64,000 nt of DNA from Flavobacteriales bacterium (GTDB lineage Bacteria > Bacteroidota > Bacteroidia > Palsa-965), in contig JBEIPA010000021.1 in the NCBI GenBank assembly GCA_040377305.1, positions 1-64,000 on the forward strand, written 5' to 3'. Positions 29,780-38,423 of this stretch are shown here, in pieces. A program made the position numbers and the translations under genes. The notes beneath the pieces were generated by a model. The model searched no databases. It was not told where the DNA came from and worked only from the letters and a program-made list of their open reading frames with translations. How positions within the stretch are numbered: the first letter of the stretch is position 1; every line of letters begins with the position of its first letter.

Positions 29780-30646
29780 ATGAAACACGCGTTACTCGTA
29801 CTGACTCTCCTGCCGTTTACATTGTTTGGTCGTCACACAGATCCACGCATACGGCAAGAAGCTCCATATGCTGGAGTAAAGTTGGTGAAGACCACCACTT
29901 TCTTCACGTTACCGAAAGAAGGGAATAAGCTCGATACCTGTATCAAAGAATCCCATCTGTATAATCAGGATGGATTGCTGGTGCACCACGATTTTTCTAT
30001 GGTGATGCAAAAGAATCCGCGGTATGATTATCAGGAGAAAATCGCTTACACCGCTGAAGATGCCTGGACGAAAAGAGAATTCCGTCAAGGATTTCTTATT
30101 GACTCAATAGTTGTGAATGGATCACGGGCTAACTATTATTTCTTCAAGGAGAATAAAATTCATGCGCTTTATGAATATCGTGGCGATTCAATGCAAGAGA
30201 AGATGATCAACTCCGGAGACACGTTATTCAGAGCGAAGAAGCCTTTCACGTATTTTAACCGGGATGATTTTTGGGATTATGCAAACGCAGGTTCATTTGC
30301 ACGAAAAGCCGTTATGCATGATAAGGACGGAGCCGCAACGGTGACTTATTTCAACGAGAAGGACGAGGCTTTGGTTAGCTATACGGAGCATCGTGTTATG
30401 GGTGGCAAAGTTTCTCAGGTCGATTACTTCAATTATCGTGTGAAGCGATTTGATTTCAAGCGGCTGACGTACAGCGACAAAATGGAAATGAATTTTTTTC
30501 TGGAGAAAAGTAAGAAGGGAAAACCATCGTATCAGATTTACTACACCTATAACGACAAGAATCAACTGGTCGAGGAAAAGTGGGTTGATGGAAATCCGAA
30601 GAAGAATCAGGTTGTAATCAAATACGAATACGAGTTCTACTTTTAA
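29780..30646 (+). CDS. Hypothetical exported beta-rich protein
   Basis: Signal-peptide-like MKHALLVLTLLPFTLFG. YD-like Tyr-rich segments ('YTYNDKNQLVEE', 'KYEYEFY'). Confidence 0.75.
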   Translation: MKHALLVLTLLPFTLFGRHTDPRIRQEAPYAGVKLVKTTTFFTLPKEGNKLDTCIKESHLYNQDGLLVHHDFSMVMQKNPRYDYQEKIAYTAEDAWTKREFRQGFLIDSIVVNGSRANYYFFKENKIHALYEYRGDSMQEKMINSGDTLFRAKKPFTYFNRDDFWDYANAGSFARKAVMHDKDGAATVTYFNEKDEALVSYTEHRVMGGKVSQVDYFNYRVKRFDFKRLTYSDKMEMNFFLEKSKKGKPSYQIYYTYNDKNQLVEEKWVDGNPKKNQVVIKYEYEFYF

Positions 30647-30720
30647 AGCTCGAAATCTTCGAATTTGCGGCAAATTTTACGTTTCGAATATTTTTCAGCC
30701 CGAAAATTAGGTGACTAGAA

Positions 30721-30748
30721 ATATCTATCGTAATATTGCGATAGATAT
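30721..30748. promoter_or_regulatory. ArsR operator palindrome
   Basis: ATATCTATCGTAATATTGCGATAGATAT, a 28-bp inverted repeat with one mismatched pair, 8 nt upstream of arsR. Confidence 0.82.
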
Positions 30749-30756
30749 CTATATCA

Positions 30757-31089
30757 ATGGGCATTTCCAAAACAGACGATTTTACGCTTAGAGAAAACAG
30801 GATTGCACGCTATGCAAAGGCGCTTGCTCACCCTGCACGCGTTGCGATCCTGAACATCCTTCTCAAAAAGCAAGCATGCATTTGTGGCGACATTGTCGAC
30901 GTTCTGCCACTTTCACAGAGTACCGTCTCTCAACATCTCAAGGAATTAAAAGAAGCTGGTTTAATTCAGGGGGACACTGAAGGCGTGAAAGTGTGTTATT
31001 GCATCAACGAAGAAGGATGGACCGAAGCGAAAGAATCGTTTAAAGTGCTCTTTGATTCTTACAAAGCCGGCAGCAGTTGTTGCCGGTAG
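30757..31089 (+). CDS. arsR: ArsR/SmtB-family transcriptional repressor
   Basis: 'KALAHPAR', 'CICGDIV' and '[19 protein letters not shown]'; C-terminal CC. Confidence 0.93.
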   Translation: MGISKTDDFTLRENRIARYAKALAHPARVAILNILLKKQACICGDIVDVLPLSQSTVSQHLKELKEAGLIQGDTEGVKVCYCINEEGWTEAKESFKVLFDSYKAGSSCCR

Positions 31090-31101
31090 TTAAGTATAAC
31101 A

Positions 31102-31117
31102 ATCGTAAAAAACCGAT
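31102..31117. promoter_or_regulatory. Possible second ArsR site (ATCG-N8-CGAT)
   Basis: ATCGTAAAAAACCGAT shares the ATCGTAA...CGAT core and spacing of the main operator and lies 3 nt upstream of the micro-ORF ATG. Confidence 0.5.
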
Positions 31118-31120
31118 AAA

Positions 31121-31207
31121 ATGAACACTCAAAATCAAGATTGCTCCTGCGGCACTACAGTTTGCCTGCCAGGATGCTGCGGTGGTAACTCAACAGGTTG
31201 CTGCTAA
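31121..31207 (+). CDS. Unannotated 28-aa Cys-rich micropeptide MNTQNQDCSCGTTVCLPGCCGGNSTGCC (metallothionein-like)
   Basis: ATG 31121 to TAA 31207 with an A-rich leader. Seven Cys in 28 aa (CxC, CC, terminal CC). Lies inside the ars operon and is below the ORF-track length cutoff. Confidence 0.7.
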   Translation: MNTQNQDCSCGTTVCLPGCCGGNSTGCC

Positions 31208-31286
31208 ATAGTTCGGAGTTGGGAGATGGGAGACGGGAGTACCGTTGACCATTTCCACTCCATTAAATCATTAATATTTAGTTACC

Positions 31287-31766
31287 ATGAAATTATCTGA
31301 CGTAAAAACAGCATTGACAGGACTTTCCGAAGTGAATTTCCTTTTACCCGATGGAACAAAAGTTCCTGAACATTTTCACGTTACGGAAGTGGGTGCAATT
31401 TCAAAACACTTTATCGACTGTGGCGGCACGGTTCGCAAAGAGAACGTTGTGAATTTCCAATTGTGGGAAGCGAATGATTTCGATCATCGTCTGAAGCCGC
31501 AAAAGCTTATTGACATTATTGCACTTTCTGAACGTGTACTCGGCCTCGAAGATCTCGAAGTGGAAGTAGAGTATCAGTCAAACACAATCGGAAAGTATGG
31601 TCTGAACTTCAGCAACGGAAACTTCATTCTTGAAGCGAAAACAACCAACTGCCTGGCAACCGATAAGTGCGGAATTCCACCGGAAAAGTTGAAAGTAAGT
31701 TTGTCTTCGTTAACTCCAGCGGGTGAATCAGATGCGTGTTGCGGACCGAACTCAAAATGTTGTTAA
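31287..31766 (+). CDS. DUF6428-like protein of Bacteroidota ars operons
   Basis: 'HFHVTEVG...FIDCGG', 'VEVEYQ' and a Cys-rich tail 'CLATDKCG...ACCGPNSKCC'. Confidence 0.8.
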   Translation: MKLSDVKTALTGLSEVNFLLPDGTKVPEHFHVTEVGAISKHFIDCGGTVRKENVVNFQLWEANDFDHRLKPQKLIDIIALSERVLGLEDLEVEVEYQSNTIGKYGLNFSNGNFILEAKTTNCLATDKCGIPPEKLKVSLSSLTPAGESDACCGPNSKCC

Positions 31767-31804
31767 CTCTTAAACATCAGCTTTAGCCGGCGCTGCCGTC
31801 TTTG

Positions 31805-31892
31805 CCACAGATTCGCAGATTTCTCAGATGACGCAAATTATTTTTAGTTTAATTATTAATCTGTGAAATCAGCGTAATCAGCGAATCTGTGG
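31805..31892. repeat. Inverted short-period repeat element (CAGATT arrays) in the DUF6428-arsC spacer
   Basis: CCACAGATTCGCAGATTTCTCAGAT ... AATCTGTGAAATCAGCGTAATCAGCGAATCTGTGG; the two arms are reverse-complementary. Confidence 0.8.
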
Positions 31893-31935
31893 TAAGGTGC
31901 CAAAGGCGCAACAGAAAACTACAAACACTGTAAGT

Positions 31936-32349
31936 ATGAAAAGCATATTAGTCCTATGCACGGGCAACAGTTGCCGATCGCAAATGGCGGAAGGTTACCT
32001 GCGTCATTTCGCCGGATCCAAAGCTGAAATCTATAGCGCCGGCGTGGAAAAACACGGCGTAAATCCGAAGGCAATTCACTTCATGAAGGAAGATGGAATT
32101 GATATTTCCTCGCACACGTCTAATCTCGTTGACGAATACATCGGAATTGATTTCGATTTCGTGATTACAGTCTGCGATAGTGCGAAGGAACGTTGTCCTG
32201 TTTTTCCTTCGAAGGCAAAGAAGTTCCATCAGGATTTTCCGGACCCATCGAAAGTATCAGGAACAGCCGATGAAATTGCAGCTGCTTTCCGGCGTACACG
32301 TGAGATGATAAAAGTATATTGCGCTGAATTTGTAAATAGCAATTTGTAG
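31936..32349 (+). CDS. arsC: Arsenate reductase, LMW-PTPase fold (thioredoxin type)
   Basis: P-loop 'CTGNSCRSQMAEG', resolving Cys pair 'TVCDSAKERCP', and 'DP'. ATG at 31936. Confidence 0.93.
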   Translation: MKSILVLCTGNSCRSQMAEGYLRHFAGSKAEIYSAGVEKHGVNPKAIHFMKEDGIDISSHTSNLVDEYIGIDFDFVITVCDSAKERCPVFPSKAKKFHQDFPDPSKVSGTADEIAAAFRRTREMIKVYCAEFVNSNL

Positions 32350-32384
32350 AAACATTTTTCCGAATCCTTTTTCTGATTCCTAAC

Positions 32385-33050
32385 ATGAGCAAATACGTTT
32401 CGGAGTTCATTGCAACATTCACATTGCTCCTGGCAATTCTTGAAGCAATTATTTTAACAACAGGATCATCGTACGGACTGGTGATCGTTTCATTTGTAGC
32501 CGGTGCAGGTGTTACGATTCTCATTTACGGATTCCGGAAACATTCAGGGGCACACATGAATCCTGCAGTGAGTACAGCAATGTGGCTCGACAATCAGCTC
32601 ACTACAAAAGTTTATCTCGGTTATTTTGCGGTTCAGTTGTTCGCATCGGCTGCTGCGGCATGGGTTATTGATTTCACTCATCGCGATCAGGCTTATGTGA
32701 TGGGAATGACTGTGCCTTCACTTACTGAAGGTCAAGCCTGGATACTTGAAGCGGCGTTGACTTTTATTCTCGTGTTAGCTATTTTCCGATGCATTGATCC
32801 GGCGCGACCTAAAATGGACAAATTTCTTGCTCCGTTAATTGGCTTGATCGTATTCTTCGAAATCTATTTTGCAGGAATGTATTCGGGTGCATCCATGAAT
32901 CCGGCACGCTCATTTGGACCGGCATTGATTGAGGGTAGGACTGAGTATCATTGGTTATTTTTCTCGGCGCCGGTATTTGGGGCAGCGGTTGCACGGTATT
33001 TTGATTTGATTTTCAGGAAGAAGGTGGTGGCGAACGTTGCAGGGATTTAA
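32385..33050 (+). CDS. MIP-family aquaporin/aquaglyceroporin
   Basis: Two NPA motifs ('SGAHMNPAVS', 'GASMNPARSFGP') and six TM segments. Confidence 0.93.
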   Translation: MSKYVSEFIATFTLLLAILEAIILTTGSSYGLVIVSFVAGAGVTILIYGFRKHSGAHMNPAVSTAMWLDNQLTTKVYLGYFAVQLFASAAAAWVIDFTHRDQAYVMGMTVPSLTEGQAWILEAALTFILVLAIFRCIDPARPKMDKFLAPLIGLIVFFEIYFAGMYSGASMNPARSFGPALIEGRTEYHWLFFSAPVFGAAVARYFDLIFRKKVVANVAGI

Positions 33051-33075
33051 ATCCTCCAGGGTGTAGTAGCAAATC

Positions 33076-33208
33076 AACCCTGCAAGCGTTTAACTCCTGC
33101 AGGGTGTCAATCTATCCCAGATTAAACGTTTGAAAACGCCTATTCCCATTAGAATTTCTTAAACTACGCGCGCGCATAACCCTGCAGGAGTTAAACGCTT
33201 GCGGGGTT
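33076..33208. repeat. REPIN/MITE-like element: two 30-bp palindromic units in inverted orientation
   Basis: AACCCTGCAAGCGTTTAACTCCTGCAGGGT (33076-33105) and ACCCTGCAGGAGTTAAACGCTTGCGGGGTT (33179-33208) are 29/30 reverse-complementary, with a 73-bp spacer. Confidence 0.85.
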
Positions 33209-33352
33209 ATACAAACTCCTACGTGCATAAGTTTCCCGCCCCGAAAAATCCTCTGCCAACTTTCACTGTAATTTTTCACCATGGCAAAGTTCGCCCTTGT
33301 GCAAGCAGTTCTTCGACTGTATACCGCCCAACTGCTGACTGCCAACTGAAAA

Positions 33353-33952
33353 GTGAACGCTAAAGCAAAACTCAAACCCGGAATCACCCTCAACTTCTTC
33401 GGCGAAGGATACAACCTCCTGCGCTTCGATGAAAACCGATTGCCGTTTCGGGAGATCGAACAGCGAGCAATGGAAATGAAACTGGAAATCGATCGCGCAA
33501 TTCTTGATCTGGAATTCTACGAACCGTTTGCAGAGCAGGGATTGAAATCCTGGAAGGACATCACCATACAAGTGACGCGTGGTAGCTCGGTCAACCGCTT
33601 ATCGTGGATGGAAATCCGTTCAGAAGGGAAAAAGCGAAAGACACATATTCTCGAAGAACTGTTTTTAGCAGAAACACTTTTCCCTTTGTGCGATTTTCAG
33701 CTGGACGAAATGCCCGTCGTTAAAAATGTGAGCGGATCGTTTTATATCCTCGAAAAGGAAGTTGGAAAAATCGATACGTTCTTTATCGAAGGTGCGGTTC
33801 CCGATCTGGAACATCTTCACTTTTCGCTGGAGAAATACAGTCTTCCCGGAAAAGAATTGTTGCTTTTAACCGGTGTTTCCTGCAAAGGCGAAGCGCTCCT
33901 GAGGAAAGAAACCGATACGGTGATTTCTACTATGCGGTTGATTCTCACCTAA
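33353..33952 (+). CDS. Hypothetical protein
   Basis: 199-aa frame with a GTG start. Its stop overlaps the next ATG. Confidence 0.65.
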   Translation: MNAKAKLKPGITLNFFGEGYNLLRFDENRLPFREIEQRAMEMKLEIDRAILDLEFYEPFAEQGLKSWKDITIQVTRGSSVNRLSWMEIRSEGKKRKTHILEELFLAETLFPLCDFQLDEMPVVKNVSGSFYILEKEVGKIDTFFIEGAVPDLEHLHFSLEKYSLPGKELLLLTGVSCKGEALLRKETDTVISTMRLILT

Positions 33953-36411
33953 TGCTTAATTTAGTCCTGGTGCGCTTTCTCCTCTTTTCAATATCATTTG
34001 CTGTTTGCATTTCTACCACTGCGCAGGTACAGCCGCGTCCCATTGAAACGGACGGAATACGCAAGCATACGGCGTGGTCGGTTCCGAAGGATGTTGATGT
34101 TCCGATAATCGATGGGGAATTTAATGATCTCGCATGGCAGTATGGAGATGTTGTAAACGACTTCGTTCAGCAAGCGCCCAATCCCGGTGAGCCTTCACGT
34201 CAGCAAACCGGGGTCAAAATTCTCTACACGAACGAAGCGATTTATGTCGCAGCTTCCATGTTTGATTCAGCACCGGATTCAATATTGCAGCAACTAGGCC
34301 CGCGCGACGAATGGCAAAACAATACGGATGCTTTTGCATTGATGATTGATCCGTACCACGATCGCCGTAACGCATTTCTTTTTGCAGTAACTGCAGCCGG
34401 AGTACAAACAGATTCAAGATTCATCTTTGATAAATCCGATGTGTCTTTAAATGCTGTCTGGTACAGCGCGGTAACAATCAACTCAAGAGGCTGGCACGTG
34501 GAGATGAAGATTCCATACCAGGCAATCCGTTTTCCAAAAGCAGAAGAGCAATTATGGGGAATTAACTACACCCGTATAATCCGCCGATACAGAGAACAAT
34601 CGTGGTGGAACAATGTTGATCCGAACGTAAGCGGGGTGGTGAATCAGTGCGGGGACCTAACCGGCATTAAGAACATTGATCCTCCGGTACGACTTGCATT
34701 GTTTCCATACGCATCCGGTTATTACGAACTTTATGATGGAGAATCTACCACCTCATTCAATGGTGGAATGGATGTGAAGTATGGTCTGTCGGATGGCTTT
34801 ACGCTCGACTTAACGCTGATTCCGGATTTCGGACAAACGTTAAGCGACAATCTGGTATTGAATTTATCTCCTTTCGAAGTGCGTTACGACGAACGGAGAT
34901 ATTTTTTTACTGAAGGAACAGAGCTCTTCAATCGGAACGACTTGCTTTACACCAGACGAATAGGAGGTAGGCCGGCAGGATATTCAGCTGTGCAGAGTCA
35001 ACTTGATTCGAATGAATATGTAGTGAGCAATCCTGCGAGCACCAGATTGTATAATGCACTTAAAATATCAGGTCGCACGAGAAAGAAAACCGGAATAGGA
35101 TTCTTCAACGCTGTTTCATCGGAGTCGAATGCAATTGTTGAGAACAGTGTAACTCTTCAGCAGCGGGAAATTGAAACATCTCCCTTGACAAATTTCAATT
35201 GTTTCGTGGTGGAGCAGATTCTCGGCCGGTATTCTTACATCGGTTACATGAATACCACGGTTCTTCGCTCGAACCACGGAGAAGATGCGATGGTGAACAG
35301 TGTGCAGTTTCGGGCCGCGACCGGGAATAACAAATATGCAGTGGAAGGATATTTCGATAACAGCCTCACCAATGAAATTTCGTCCAATGGAATTTCCGGT
35401 TTTCGATATCACATCGAAGGTGGCAAAGTGAAAGGACCACTCATTCTGAAATACCGCCATCATCTGGTCAGCAACACGTTCGACTCAAACGATATGGGTT
35501 ATCTGGACCGTAACAACTATTACAATCACGGTACTACGATTGGTTACAACGTGTTCACTCCTTTCAGAAGAGTTCTCTGGACAATCAATGAAGTGAATAC
35601 GGACGTTTCATACATGTACGATGTAAACTGGAGAACGTTTTTCACGGTTGCGGGTCGGCACATTATTACGTACCGGAATTTTATGACCGTTGGAATCAAT
35701 TGGCTCGCGAATCCGGCGAAGGCAAATGACTTTTTCGAGACACGTACACAGAAGCGTTATTTGATTTATCCGGAGAACTATGAGCTCGGAGGCTGGATGT
35801 CTTCTGATTACAGAAAGATTATCGCTCTCGATGCTGGCGCTTCCTATCGCATCTTTCTTGAACGCAGCAGAACGATTTTCAAATATTACATAGCTCCGCG
35901 ATACCGGGCAAGCGACAATCTCTTCATTGTATACCGATGGGATCATGAACTGAAACATGATAACATAGGATATGTATACGGTGCTAGTTCACCGATCATC
36001 GTTTTTGGCTTGCGTGATATGAATACGGTTACAAGTACGCTTACAACTACGTACATCTTCACTCCGAAAATGGGATTGTCGCTCCGTGTGCGTCACTACT
36101 GGTCAGAAGTTTCTTACAAGGAATATTTTGATCTGCAGCCAAACGGAACACTGGAGCACTATGATTATCCCGGTAATGCGAACATCAGCTTCAATGCTTT
36201 CAATATTGACCTCATCTACACCTGGGTTTTTCAACCGGGGAGTGAACTGATCGTGACCTACAAGAATTCTATTCTGTCTTCTTCGAATGTTCTGTTGGGA
36301 AGTTATTCCGAAGATCTTGGACACATGTTCGACGGACCAGAGAGCAACAGCATTTCTGTGAAGTTGATTTGGTACCTTGATGCTGGAAAATACTTAAAGA
36401 AGAAACAGTAA
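33952..36411 (+). CDS. CBM9-like plus DUF5916 outer-membrane beta-barrel protein
   Basis: 'PIIDGEFND..W', 'WHVEMKIPY', 'PDFGQ..SD..VLNLSPFE....E.R.FF.EG' and a C-terminal beta-strand. Confidence 0.85.
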   Translation: MLNLVLVRFLLFSISFAVCISTTAQVQPRPIETDGIRKHTAWSVPKDVDVPIIDGEFNDLAWQYGDVVNDFVQQAPNPGEPSRQQTGVKILYTNEAIYVAASMFDSAPDSILQQLGPRDEWQNNTDAFALMIDPYHDRRNAFLFAVTAAGVQTDSRFIFDKSDVSLNAVWYSAVTINSRGWHVEMKIPYQAIRFPKAEEQLWGINYTRIIRRYREQSWWNNVDPNVSGVVNQCGDLTGIKNIDPPVRLALFPYASGYYELYDGESTTSFNGGMDVKYGLSDGFTLDLTLIPDFGQTLSDNLVLNLSPFEVRYDERRYFFTEGTELFNRNDLLYTRRIGGRPAGYSAVQSQLDSNEYVVSNPASTRLYNALKISGRTRKKTGIGFFNAVSSESNAIVENSVTLQQREIETSPLTNFNCFVVEQILGRYSYIGYMNTTVLRSNHGEDAMVNSVQFRAATGNNKYAVEGYFDNSLTNEISSNGISGFRYHIEGGKVKGPLILKYRHHLVSNTFDSNDMGYLDRNNYYNHGTTIGYNVFTPFRRVLWTINEVNTDVSYMYDVNWRTFFTVAGRHIITYRNFMTVGINWLANPAKANDFFETRTQKRYLIYPENYELGGWMSSDYRKIIALDAGASYRIFLERSRTIFKYYIAPRYRASDNLFIVYRWDHELKHDNIGYVYGASSPIIVFGLRDMNTVTSTLTTTYIFTPKMGLSLRVRHYWSEVSYKEYFDLQPNGTLEHYDYPGNANISFNAFNIDLIYTWVFQPGSELIVTYKNSILSSSNVLLGSYSEDLGHMFDGPESNSISVKLIWYLDAGKYLKKKQ

Positions 36412-36414
36412 CAC

Positions 36415-37944
36415 TTGAGCCCGAAGAAGCAGTACTACCCCACGTTTCTAAAGAACTTTCGCGACAAACCATTTGACGCGAAAGCGCTTGAAGCAGCCTA
36501 TTATCAGGCGAGAATCGGCGATGAAGTGCGTGGTGCAGACGAAGCCGTGTCCTATTTTTCAGAATACAAAATCGACGCGGTTCATTGGCACTTTCATCAG
36601 CGAATTCTGCGAGATGAAGTTTTGTACCGGCTGGTTTCCGAAGGTTACATTCACCCGAAAGTTCATCCTGTTGGCGCCATTTATCACGATGCAGAATTTT
36701 ATGCATTCGTTTTTCCGTTCATTCACACGGCTATTCTCAGGAAGATGGCGCTTGCAATTGAATCGGAAAATCTGAATGCGGTGAAGCTGCTTGAACAATG
36801 GATTGAACCTTTCGGTACGTTGTTTCGTGATGCGTTCTATCACATGGTCGAGTTTACAGCAGATGAAATAGTGAAAGAACTTCATGCAGTTAAACTCAAC
36901 CGAAAGTCATTGTCATTTGACTTATACGGCCGCGTGAGTCCAGCTCTAATGCAACTGTTAAATCGTTTGCCGGATCGCCGTCAGGACAAACGCGATCAGT
37001 TTGCCTTGGTTGTGATTGATTTCGCGGTTTGGCTTCGCGAAGACATGAAAGTTTACACGCAGCCAAACGGACTAATGACGCGTTTGAAATTGCTCAATGT
37101 CAGTGCAGATATCCACGCGCAACGTAGCATTCAAATGGCAAAGTGGGAGCAGGAAAAGGATGCAATTACGAAAGAGAAATTTTCGCTCAATCATCTCATC
37201 TGGATTGTTCCTGCGGTGTTAATCGTTGCGTTTGTAATCTGGAGACAAACAGACATGGGCAAATCGGATGATGCCATCATTGAGGAACATCAGGAAGCAC
37301 TCGCCATTGAACAAGCTGCTTTGGACGAAGAGAAGGAGAAGATTCGCCTGCGCATGGAGAGTATTGATTTGAACGAGCAGATTGCGAATGAACTTTGGGA
37401 CGCATACAATTCTAATCCGCAAGGTGGTGTTCCGCCTGCAGCTGCCGGCGCGGCTCACATAGATAACGGAGAGTTGATGTATTCTGAATGGCTCAAAATT
37501 GGTCGGGAGATTTATTTCGCCGATCAGACAAGCCTCACTCTGGTGAATAACAGCGAATGTGATGCAATTGTATTTGTACGTCAAACGAACGGGCCATACA
37601 TGGAGCGAGCGTACTATTTGCGCACACAGCGCAGCGTAGAAGTGCAGGATGATAAAGTGCGGCCATATTCCATACGGGTTTATGCCGGAAGCGAATGGGC
37701 TGATTCACTCGTGACATCGAACTATGCCAGTAAGTTGCTGAACGTTTTGCCAGGAGAAACAAAGGATGAATTTCCTTCTTCAACGGAGTTGCGCGGAAGA
37801 TTTTTGTATCCTGTTAAATCGCTACAGGAGAATTTACTTCCGGCAGATGTGATTCAGGCTGCTTCGCACTTTGACTACAATGGTGTTCCGGTAGTTACGA
37901 TCATTGGTAGTCACGAGAAGATTGAATACGCTACAGGGAAGTAA
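36415..37944 (+). CDS. Hypothetical single-pass membrane protein
   Basis: 509 aa, TTG start 3 nt after the previous stop, one central TM segment (LIWIVPAVLIVAFVIW). Confidence 0.75.
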   Translation: MSPKKQYYPTFLKNFRDKPFDAKALEAAYYQARIGDEVRGADEAVSYFSEYKIDAVHWHFHQRILRDEVLYRLVSEGYIHPKVHPVGAIYHDAEFYAFVFPFIHTAILRKMALAIESENLNAVKLLEQWIEPFGTLFRDAFYHMVEFTADEIVKELHAVKLNRKSLSFDLYGRVSPALMQLLNRLPDRRQDKRDQFALVVIDFAVWLREDMKVYTQPNGLMTRLKLLNVSADIHAQRSIQMAKWEQEKDAITKEKFSLNHLIWIVPAVLIVAFVIWRQTDMGKSDDAIIEEHQEALAIEQAALDEEKEKIRLRMESIDLNEQIANELWDAYNSNPQGGVPPAAAGAAHIDNGELMYSEWLKIGREIYFADQTSLTLVNNSECDAIVFVRQTNGPYMERAYYLRTQRSVEVQDDKVRPYSIRVYAGSEWADSLVTSNYASKLLNVLPGETKDEFPSSTELRGRFLYPVKSLQENLLPADVIQAASHFDYNGVPVVTIIGSHEKIEYATGK

Positions 37945-37973
37945 TCAGTGTGCGTGTTTAGAATACCCTGTTT

Positions 37974-38423
37974 CTAAATGTTATTCAGCATTTCCGCTGT
38001 AAGAGGTTTCCTTATAAATAAGATGGAACTATCAAATTCCCGAACTTCTGATTGATCGGCATCGTGAATAGACGATGTTAGAACAATAATCTTGGATTTT
38101 TTTACGACACTATTTTCCCACTTTCGGAATTCCCGTATAAACTGCATTCCGTTCATGACGGGCATATTGAGATCAACAAAAATGATGTCAGGTGACAAGT
38201 GGTTGGCATCGGGTTCTCTTGAATGCAGCTCCAAAATAAGATCGAGTGCGAGTTGCCCGTTGATTGCAAAGTGCATAACTTCCGAAAAGTTGGAGGCAGC
38301 CAACATCTTTTCGCTTATGAAGTTGTCGATATAGTTGTCATCAACGAGTAGGGTCACTTTATACTTGTGCTGTCCGCTGACCGGAATGGAAAGGAGAGGC
38401 TGTAGTTCGCTATCGTTTTTCAT
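37974..38423 (-). CDS. Single-domain response regulator
   Basis: 'LLVDD', 'IFVDLNMPVMNG', 'LTSS' and 'KPLT'. Start uncertain (38423 or 38453). Confidence 0.88.
   Translation of the reverse strand: MKNDSELQPLLSIPVSGQHKYKVTLLVDDNYIDNFISEKMLAASNFSEVMHFAINGQLALDLILELHSREPDANHLSPDIIFVDLNMPVMNGMQFIREFRKWENSVVKKSKIIVLTSSIHDADQSEVREFDSSILFIRKPLTAEMLNNI

Noticed and set aside
33281-33349. 22-codon ORF MAKFALVQAVLRLYTAQLLTAN upstream of the 33353 gene
   Set aside because: No distinctive composition, and its 3' end is made of the ACTG repeat array. No support for translation.
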